Part shown: piece by piece, positions 54,581 through 64,000 of the stretch
Position numbering within the stretch: the stretch's first letter is position 1
How the letters are laid out: every line of letters starts with the position of its first letter
DNA from: Octopus bimaculoides
Lineage: Eukaryota
Direction of reading: 5' to 3'
Length of the DNA: 64,000 bases
Assembly (NCBI RefSeq): GCF_001194135.2
Contig: NC_068982.1
Location: 90,241,609-90,305,608, forward strand
The notes under the pieces: model-generated
What the model saw: only the letters and a program-made list of their open reading frames with translations
What the model was told of the DNA's origin: nothing
The model's database searches: none
Translations under genes and position numbers: made by a program

Positions 54581-54798
54581 GGGCGGCGAGCTAGCAGGAT
54601 CGTTAGCACGCTGGGCAAGATGCCTAGCAGCGTTTCGTCCGTCTTTAAGTTCTGAGTTCAAATTCCACTGGCGTTGACTTTGCTTTTTATCCTTGTCAGG
54701 GTCGATGAAATAAGTACCACTCGAACACTAGAGTCAATGTAATCGACTAAACCCTCTTGCACGAAATTGCTGGCCTTGTTCCAAAATTAGAAATCAAT
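54581..54798 (+). mobile_element. SINE (family A)
   Basis: gggcggcgagctagcaggatcgttagc...gagttcaaattcc...gtcgatgaaataagtacca...gtaatcgact. Confidence 0.9.
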
Positions 54799-55507
54799 AT
54801 TCTTAAATTCTTTAAACCTATAAATTTCTAGTTTTTCTGTATATTTCTTACTTAAATAATTATAATAATAAAATAATTATGATTAATACTTCTAATTATA
54901 TAATTTTCAGCAGAAATGTAATTACAATTTTGTGTATATTTAATATTTTTCTTTCATGTAGCAGTCTTAAATTTCATTTAATTGAAAGCAGCTTTTCAAT
55001 ATAAAAAGGTTCCCCGCCCTTGTTCTAAACAATCGCTTCCCGATAATATATCACAACCCACACAGCAAACGCTTTACACAATTACCACCGATAAAATAAC
55101 ACAAAGCATACTCTTACATAATCGATATTCGATACTATAACACATCCCACACACGCAGCTCATATTACCACCCAATAATATAACACAACTAACGTAATCT
55201 ATACAGTACACACTCTACATGATCACCAACAAACAAAACAATACACATATTCTACACAACAAAGAAAACACTGATGTAAACAGTAAACATCAGGAACAAC
55301 AAAATACACTCAATAACCAAGCAAAACAGACTCGATATGCAAACACAATATTCTAAATTCCAAAACGATAAGTCTGCACACACCTTACGAACACTTGGTT
55401 GTGCAGCAGAACCTCGCATGAATATGTTGAAATCAGAATGATGAAGGCGACGACGAAGACAAGCGTGGTGGTGGTGGTGGTGGTGATGGTGATGGTGGTG
55501 ATGGTGG

Positions 55508-55953
55508 TTTCTGTTTTAAGTACAAGGCTGGCAATTTTGAGGGGAGGTAATGTAATAGAAACCATAAAATAACCAATGTTTGATTGGTATCTTATCTTAT
55601 GAAACCCCGAAAAGATAGGAAATGTTGACTTTGGCGCGGTATGGATTCAGAAGGCAAGGAATGAAGAGTAAATACCGCAGGCGTTTTGTCCGATGTCTAA
55701 CGATACTGGAAATAATAATAATAATTCTTTCTACTATAGGTATAAGACAAAAGAGCTGAATTTTTTTAAAGAAGCGGCCAGTCAATAACGTCAATAATGT
55801 CAACGCCAGTACATGATAGGTACTTATTTCTCGACTCCGAAAAGATGAAATGCAATGTCAACCTCGACGGGATTAGAGCTCCGAAAATAAAGAACTGGCA
55901 AAAACGTTGCTAAGTATTTTATTCGATGCGTTAACAATTCTGCCAGCACGCGA
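55508..55953 (-). mobile_element. Two tandem family-A SINEs (about 55508-55710 and about 55731-55953)
   Basis: Both carry ggtacttatt/ggtatcttat...gaaag...tcaac/ttgact...gca motifs in the same orientation. Confidence 0.75.
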
Positions 55954-55964
55954 CAATATATAAT

Positions 55965-55983
55965 AATTATTATTATGATTATG

Positions 55984-56058
<75 letters not shown>

Positions 56059-56425
56059 TTATTTTTATTACTGAGTGGGAGAGCAGTGCATGCTATCAAA
56101 GTGACACCGGGGTAAAATATACAAAGCCCAGTATACCCATCACGACTACCCTGCTGATAAGAGTACACCAGGCACTTACATCACAACCATGTGTGTGCGC
56201 GATATGGTGATTTCATATCAAGATAAACAGAGCATGGCCTTGCAAGTGGGGCCCAGTTAGAATTTTCTTCAGGTCGAGTAGCCCATCCTGTTCAAAAGTC
56301 CCTGAATAAGAGTTGTTTAAGGATGTTGAACGAAACACCCATGGTCCCAAAGGTGAATTATCCAAACCCCAAAGAATTCCTCACAACACATGGCTATGGT
56401 GCTCCCCCAGTACTTCTGCTCGTGT
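55965..56425 (-). mobile_element. SINE-like repeat (family D) with (AAT)n tail on the minus strand
   Basis: A GC-richer block 56070-56425 ends in the (ATT)n tract 55965-56060. I recognise it as a common cephalopod repeat from memory only. Confidence 0.55.
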
Positions 56426-56742
56426 TAGGCTTTTCGTCACACTTTTTAGTTGCTGTATTTCTTTCTGTCAGTGACTACCTTCAGTGCACGGAATACTTCT
56501 TCCCAATACAACAAAAACTTTACTCGACATAAAAGTGCAAAGTTTCCGAAGATAAATCTTTTTTCCACCCTAAGTTAAAAGGTATGAATACTGAAACTGA
56601 TTCAAAGTCTTTTATCGATAAAATTATACACACAGATTTCCTTCCATTAAATCCAAATCCAGTTTTCCTACTGGATTCTTTAAGACACTTTTATTCAGCT
56701 CCAAACACGTCAATAAAACACTACTACTACTACTACTACTAC

Positions 56743-56801
<59 letters not shown>

Positions 56802-56804
<3 letters not shown>

Positions 56805-57033
56805 TATTCAGACAAATACATAACAAAAACACCAGGACTTACAAATATATATAACATACAGAAAATTGCACTACTGGGTACTGCACACATTCTACGCAAA
56901 ACACTTTCAATACAGTAAACATAAGAGCACCACAGCAAACCACAGCACATACCCAAGGCGCACAGAGCTGCGCTCGGTAGTGAAGTGAAAGCACGTTATA
57001 AAAATAAAACTACTGAACAATAATAATAATAAT
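56802..57033 (+). mobile_element. Young, 5'-truncated R4/Dong-type LINE 3' end
   Basis: 56802-56918 reads KYSDKYITKTPGLTNIYNIQKIALLGTAHILRKTLSIQ* with no disablements. A 3' UTR follows, and (TAA)n lies on both flanks. Confidence 0.9.
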
Positions 57034-57200
57034 GATTTCAAATTTTGGCACAGGCCCTGCAGTTTCAGCGGAAGGGATAAGTCGATTACATTGACCCCAG
57101 TGTTCAATTGGTACTTATTTTATCGACACTCCGAAAAGATGAAAGGTAAAGTCGACCTTGGCAGAGTTTGAACGTAGAACATGAAAACAGATGAAATACT
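57033..57200 (-). mobile_element. SINE (family A)
   Basis: gatttcaaattttggcaca...aagtcgattacattgaccccagtg...ggtacttattttatcgac...gaaaggtaaagtcgacc. Confidence 0.85.
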
Positions 57201-57239
57201 AATAATAATATAGTCCAAGTTTGAAATCAGAGAATGTGT

Positions 57240-59720
57240 ACTTTGGGTGTGATGTATAATAGGTACGAAAAGTGTGAGTGTAAAATCTTTTTATCTAGAA
57301 ACAAATTAGACCTCGATGATGAAATTAACATTTGCAAAATAAATGAAAGTAAAAAATAATAATAATAAATACAAATCACAAAATGCATACTGTACACTCA
57401 AAGACAAGTTAGATCAACATAAGCAGTAGTATATTAAAGAAAATATGAGTAAGATTTAAGAATAGGAAATTCTAATGGTGGAAAAATCATGACGATAACA
57501 ATGTAAAATTGGAAATAATTCAAGAAATGAAACTAATCGATTTTCCTCTGGACAAACAAATAAAAGTGCAAAGCATTGATATAAAACACAATGATGAAAT
57601 AGCAACGGCAGTAAATTAGCAAACATAGTTGTCACATATGAGCTTACTACAGACACAAACATCGATATCACCTGACTAAATGAAATAATATATGCAACAG
57701 TCACCGTCGTTAGAAAAGTAAACAGTTAGTCAGGTTTACTTAAATAGAAATATCAAAACCTAAACAAACAACGTGGAAAACACGCACAGAAAAGGTTAGA
57801 AAATAAGAGAAAAGTTATTTCAGTCCAAACAAATTCAATAAAAAGACAAGGAAGGAAGCGAGGAGGGACAAATACAATACATATCCAAATCTAAGAGTTC
57901 ATAAAACGACATACTCGCTACAGCGAAAAGGATCCGTTGTAATGAAAAACAATAACCCAAAACAGAAACAAAGAGTCCAATTCTAACCCAGAATGGTTTT
58001 ATCAGGAACTTGGTGAAAAGAATAATAAAAATCAATGGAGTACCAAGGGCAATAACAACAAAAATAATTTTGAGGCCTACAGCAGCGATGAAAGCACACA
58101 GACAAGATAGCTTAAATGAATTTACAGAACATTTGAGAAATCGTTGGAAGCCATGACAACAGGTATTTTTGAAAAAAACTAGAAGGTGTCAGGGCATCAA
58201 ATTTCAATTTCTAGGCTTTAACAAGTACACATAAAGTGCTAGCAGAGAAGTTTAATGAAGTCGTAAAAGAGCATCAGACAATATGTGACTGGTTCACACT
58301 AGACTCAATGTCTAAGAATTAGAGCTGAAAAAAACAAACCTATAACATGCTCCTTACTTAAATCTACAAAATCCTTAACCTCGACGAGGATAAGCATCTC
58401 AAAACAAAACAAAAATGGTTCCAGAAGGGCTGATGGGATTCTGTAAAACCTCATACAGCTGTAAACATCAATCGTCTATCAACAGGATCATAACCAGAGA
58501 GTACAGAAAGACACGGAAGAATTTGAACAGTAAACCTTAAACTAGAAGGCTTATGACAGTAAACTTTAAACGTAGATTCTAGAAATATCAGTTATGATTT
58601 AAGTAGAACCAATAATATGAATATATAGAGGGACATGTTATGAGTAGATTTTAAACAAGGTTACAGATAGAAAGAATTATAAAAAGTGAATTCCCTTTAT
58701 CTTCAAGAGGAATATTCTGAGAGGATTCCCTTTTCCCACCCTTTTTCTGTCAAGCACAGACACTTTTAACTGGTCTGTTAAACAAGAATGGACTCGGATA
58801 CAATTGCTATAGTAAGACAATAAGCGGTCTGTTCTTTATGGATAGTTTGAAGTACATTATAGATAATAAACAAATAGAAATACTAACTGTAGACAGAATA
58901 TGGATTAACAGAAGCTGAAAGTCAGATTAGTAAAATACGCCAAGGCAACGTTGAAGAGAGGAAAATTAATTAAGAACACATATCAAGATAGATAAAGAAA
59001 AAGAGATAAGAGAAGTAAGCCAATCTCAGACATACAAATACTACTTTAAAAAAAAATCAATGAATTAAACTACACAACACAGAAAAATGAAAGAAAAGGT
59101 TAAGAAGGAATATTATATACACATTAAATTAAAACATAAAATTGAGCTGGATGTAGAAACGTTAAAAAATAAGGAGACGGGCATCAGTACTTTAGCTGCG
59201 TCGCAGGAATAAGTAATATTTTCTACTGGACCAAAATAAACTAGTTAGACTAGAAAGAAAAAGAAAACAAAAAAAAACTGCATTTACACTGTGAATTCGA
59301 GAATTTGCTATAGAAAGACTATATTTAGTTTGGATACAGAAAGTCAGAGGCCTTATGCAGTTAGGCAACTATTATAAAGTATCCACCGTAGGATTACAAA
59401 AACATGTGATAGAGAATAATGGAACATTAACAGAAATAGCTTTGTATTACGTAGAATAAAAACGAATCCCTATTTTCTATTTTATTCATAGATCGGAAAC
59501 AGAAGCTGAAATGAAAGATAGTTAATGAGAAAATGGAGAAAAATTTGCAAAAACTATGACAAGGCTAGAATTTAGCTAAACTAGGAGCTACAGAATACTT
59601 TGTTAAAGGGACGATAAAAAAGACCTTTCATGGAAGTCTCTGAAATATCTGAATCACCGTCAATTAGGAATATTTCCACTTTGATTACAAAGCGCAAACT
59701 CAAAGACTAAAAGGATTCTG
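57240..59720 (+). mobile_element. Long decayed R4/Dong-type LINE (RT region, about 2.5 kb)
   Basis: 58221 TSTHKVLAEKFNEVVKEHQTICDWFT; GFCKTSYSCKHQSSINR; KAYDS; 58706-58852 RGIF*EDSLFPPFFCQAQTLLTGLLNKNGLGY...ISGLFFMDSLK; 59307 AIERLYLVWIQKVRGLMQLGNYYKVSTVGLQKH. The 5' boundary is approximate. Confidence 0.85.
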
Positions 59721-59796
59721 TTTACTGCACAGTGTACATGGGGCATAATCATTTCTTCGTTATATTTGGCGGGATGAAAAGTTTGAATCAGATATT

Positions 59797-60175
59797 GGTG
59801 TGTAGTAAGAAGTTTGCTTCCTGATCACATGGTTTCGGAGTTAGTGTCTCTGCGTGGCAGCTTGGGTAAGTTGTTTCTACTATAGCCCCGAGTCGGCCTT
59901 ATGAGTGGAGCCCGGTGTACGGAAACTGAAAGAAGCTTGTTGTATACATTTGTATATATTTCTATGGGTTTGTGTGTTTGTGTTTGTCCATCACCACTGA
60001 TTTACAACCAGTGTTGGTTTGTTTACGTCCTCCTAAATTATCAGTTCCGATTAAAAGACCGATGAAACAAGTATCAGGCTATAAAAAAATAAGTATTGGA
60101 ATCGACTCATTCGGCTAAAGTCTTTCAAGGCAACGCCCCAGCATGGCCACAATCAATGACTGGAACCGATAAAAG
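59797..60175 (+). mobile_element. SINE (family B)
   Basis: gtaagaagtttgcttcctgatcacatggtttcgg...cggaaactgaaagaagc...tttcaaggcaacgccccagcatggccac. Confidence 0.85.
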
Positions 60176-60278
60176 GTAATAAGCAAAATGATGCACAGAA
60201 TATATATATTTAAGATTTATGCTTGTTTGTTTTATACACAGTTCTTAAAATTTCTGCATAATAAATAATTAAAATAAC

Positions 60279-60734
60279 AATATTGGTTTCAAGAATTGGC
60301 ACCAAGCTAAAAATTTCGCGTGAGGGGTCTAAGCCAATTAAATCAGTGCCAGTGTTCTCGAAAGGATGCAAGACAAAGTCGGCCACAACGGAATGTGAAC
60401 TCAGAACGTTAAGACGGACAAAAAGCCGTTAAGTATTTCGCCCGGGGTGACAACGGTTCAGCCAGCTCACCTTCCCATAAGGAGAATTAATATTATCCGC
60501 TATTACATTTTTTTTTCAAGGTGAGCTGGCTGAATCGTTAACACGCCAGGTAAAATGCATAGCGGCATTTCGCCCGTTACTACGTTCTGAGTTCAAATAC
60601 CCCCGGGGTCGACTTTGACTTTCATCCATTTGGGGTCGATAAAATACCTACCAGTTGAACACTGAGATCGATGTAATTGACTAAGCACCTTCCCCGAAAC
60701 TGCTGGATTTGTCCCAAAATTTGAGACCAATATT
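60279..60734. mobile_element. Head-to-head inverted pair of family-A SINEs (60279-60473 minus, 60518-60734 plus)
   Basis: ttcagccagctcacctt (60457-60473) and aaggtgagctggctgaa (60518-60534) are exact reverse complements with a 44-nt spacer. The distal ends aatattggtttcaa / ttgagaccaatatt also pair. Confidence 0.9.
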
Positions 60735-60966
60735 ATTAATCTTTTTATTTCAGATAAGGGCTACGAATGAAGTGAACATTACTAGTATTTTATAGAATGT
60801 AGAATATCATGGTTTAGAAGTGTGGTAGGTATTGTAGACTACTACGAGGATAACATAGAACTGTCCTTGGGTTAGTAGTATTTGACATTAATCGGGGAAC
60901 GGTAGGCTTGTTGGATTAAAACTACAAAATAGTTCTTTTTAATATGTTTGTAGAATATATTTCTGC

Positions 60967-61024
<58 letters not shown>

Positions 61025-61249
61025 TATGTTATACTTGATATCATTCTCGCTCATTATTTATTCCGATGTTGAAAGTATCTGTTAACATAATTGTGTTGAA
61101 CAGAGTAGTTCCACTGAGAAATTTGGATATTTGTCAAATTGTGTCTTTCCTACCTTAACCCAACACAAGGATTATTGAGGTTAGTAGCATTCTTTTGAAT
61201 CTATTTTGAAAAAGCATTCGCCTCTATCTTTTATCTTTTCATCATTGCA

Positions 61250-61500
61250 GATTAGGCCGCGGCCATGATCGGGCACGGCCTTGAAGGCTTTTAGTTCAAC
61301 AAATCGGCCCCAGTACATGATTATTTTTTTTTGCTTATTTATCTATCTTTTTTCTCATTTTAAGTCTGGTACTGTATGTCCTTATTGCAAACAACGGGGA
61401 CACAAACAAACCAACAAGTTTTCAAGCGGTCGGTGTAGGTGATAAACACAGCCACAAATACGCGCACACAATATTTATATATATATTATATTTATACACA
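61250..61500 (-). mobile_element. SINE (family B) fragment
   Basis: ggccgcggccatgatcgggcacggccttgaagg...ggggacacaaacaaaccaac. Confidence 0.65.
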
Positions 61501-63339
61501 GACACGGCGTCTACACTTTCATTACTAGGAAAACTTCCTCTGCTATGTGGCATTTGGTGTTTGAAGGAGTTTGATGTCGCTGCCCTCATATCTGTATTTC
61601 TTTCCGCGAGGCAGGTTCAACCGGAACTCTTGGCAGGAGCAGATCCAGTTTTGCTTTGGAGGCACCAATATTCACATCCCGTAGGTCTCTTAGGTGGCCC
61701 TGCTGGAGCACCATCTTGAAGTGTTTTAGTGGAACGAATCCACCCCATAAGTGTTTTGTTAAAAGTATAGTACTTGTTATTTTGTACTGTTCCTTTTTTT
61801 CTTTTTTTGCAAAACCGATATTTATGGAAACATAAATAACCCAACACCGGCTGTCAATCGGGGGTATGACACAAACACAAACACAGACTCAAAGGCACTT
61901 ACACACACCCACGCAAACACACACACTCACACACACATACACTTACACGCCCATACACATATACATGTATATANNNNNNNNNNNNNNNNNNNNNNNNNNN
62001 NNNNNNNNNNNNNNNNNNNNNNNNNNNNNNNNNNNNNNNNNNNNNNNNNNNNNNNNNNNNNNNNNNNNNNNNNNNNNNNNNNNNNNNNNNNNNNNNNNNN
62101 NNNNNNNNNNNNNNNNNNNNNNNNNNNNNNNNNNNNNNNNNNNNNNNNNNNNNNNNNNNNNNNNNNNNNNNNNNNNNNNNNNNNNNNNNNNNNNNNNNNN
62201 NNNNNNNNNNNNNNNNNNNNNNNNNNNNNNNNNNNNNNNNNNNNNNNNNNNNNNNNNNNNNNNNNNNNNNNNNNNNNNNNNNNNNNNNNNNNNNNNNNNN
62301 NNNNNNNNNNNNNNNNNNNNNNNNNNNNNNNNNNNNNNNNNNNNNNNNNNNNNNNNNNNNNNNNNNNNNNNNNNNNNNNNNNNNNNNNNNNNNNNNNNNN
62401 NNNNNNNNNNNNNNNNNNNNNNNNNNNNNNNNNNNNNNNNNNNNNNNNNNNNNNNNNNNNNNNNNNNNNNNNNNNNNNNNNNNNNNNNNNNNNNNNNNNN
62501 NNNNNNNNNNNNNNNNNNNNNTATATATATATATATATATATATATCAAAGAACACACAAGCACTCATATATACGCTAATATCTAACAGTGATGACGAGT
62601 GCTCAACACCACATTGGTAGATAAATATTCTTTATTTGTGGGTTAACGACGCCTCTATTGTTTGCTTGTCGAGATAAATTATCAAGCCTGCTACGTGGAA
62701 CGTTGGTACTCGTCTCCATCTCGGCATTTAATCAGTAGTAGCCTTGTTAACCCTCAATAATTAACCTCAAATAATTATATAATTATAAGTAGTAGCCTTA
62801 ACCCTCAAATAATTATACACACACGTGTGTGTGTATAATTATTTGTTTGTGGTTGTATGTGTGCGTGTGTACATTCTCAATAAAGCATATCACTCTACCT
62901 CCGGTATTCGGGTACCTTTTTTCCACCTTATTTCACATTTATGTGCTTACTCTGGTATGTATGAATGTATGCTGGTGTTCGTGAAGGTCACCAATGGTCT
63001 TCCTCGATCACAAGTGGACGGCCATCATCATCATGTATTGAGCAGACTATATTTTGTTGTTATGCACCACTTGTAAAATGCACATCTAAGCATTATCATA
63101 GCCTTTGAAAGATGCCATCCGGCTGGCTAGGTGAGTAGACCAGTATCTCACATGAAAGAAATGCAATTCTGCGGAAGGGTTAACTATTTACTGTTGACTG
63201 GAATGAAGCAATGTGCAATGAAGACTCTTGCTAATGCACACCACACACCGCCGCTCAAGGAATCGAAAACTAGCTCCATCACACACACACATGCACAGAC
63301 ACACGCGCGCACACACACACACATACACACATATGATTT

Positions 63340-63480
63340 ATATACAAACACGACAAGCTGACATAGTTTCCGTCAGTCAAAACGCATCGATCGATTGATC
63401 GGCCAGGGCTATAGCAGAAGACACTTGCCCAAGGTGCTATGACCGAAACCACGTGGTTACTATGCAAGCTTGCTTAGTAC
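63340..63480 (-). mobile_element. SINE (family B) fragment
   Basis: gtttccgtc...cagggctatagcagaagacacttgcccaaggtgc...accacgtggttac. Confidence 0.8.
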
Positions 63481-64000
63481 ACATGCACTAAACATTTTTC
63501 CATTAGTTATCTATTCATTATATTTTTATCAAGAAATGTTATACTGATGATTCATCTAGTTGTTTATTTGCTTACTAGCTGAATTGTGCAAGATATACGT
63601 CCAAAGGAATTTATTTATTCCATTCTCATTTCCTCTTTCTCGTTCCTTTCTTTATTTTTTCCTTCTTGTTTCAAAGTTTTTGCTACGTTTAAAAAATTTC
63701 AATCCATTTTCTCATTTTTGCACCTTGTTCGCTGCAAGTTACTGGATTTATTACTTAATATTCCAGATATTTCTACAGGCATTACTTTCGTTTTCACCTT
63801 ATATCTCATATTACTCAGAGCAGCAGAAAATATGCTTACAAGTAAATTGATGTTATTAAACATACATGAAAGCAGACTGCAAAAATTATAACCCAGAATA
63901 ATTGCCAGAACGTAATGCTACTCGAATCTTAGTACACTAAGATAGATTTACCCCTTCATTATTCATTTCCTGCTATCAGTCTGTTGCTTTATATATATAT

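Noticed and set aside
63102-63841. Candidate exons 63102-63130 (PLKDAIRLA, TAG|gtgagt donor) and 63677-63841
   Set aside because: The splice signals are decent, but the two are not phase-compatible as drawn, and the second is T-rich with two open frames. There is insufficient support.

Overview
AT-rich, microsatellite-saturated eukaryotic (animal) DNA with 14 N-gaps totalling about 4.3 kb. The SINE and microsatellite landscape looks like an octopus/coleoid cephalopod draft assembly; this is by recognition and is not verified. There is no long intact ORF, and nearly every ORF in the supplied track is a microsatellite or N-run artefact. The window is mostly intron/intergenic DNA containing about 30 SINE copies from 4 families, at least 7 decayed fragments of R4/Dong-type (restriction-like endonuclease, RLE) non-LTR retrotransposons that all lie on the + strand, an RTE-type tail carrying three internal minisatellites, a Tc1/mariner transposase C-terminus, a hAT MITE with an 8-bp TSD and a tRNA-Glu pseudogene. 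The most interesting signal is six hammerhead-ribozyme-like motifs in short non-coding repeats resembling Penelope-like pLTRs or retrozymes. Three of them show stem-I covariation, two form an inverted foldback, and one has a long stem-loop II inside a TIR-flanked 305-bp element. A tentative + strand chain of small exons (8115-27382) has compatible splice phases but an in-frame TGA in its first coding exon. No gene could be named.
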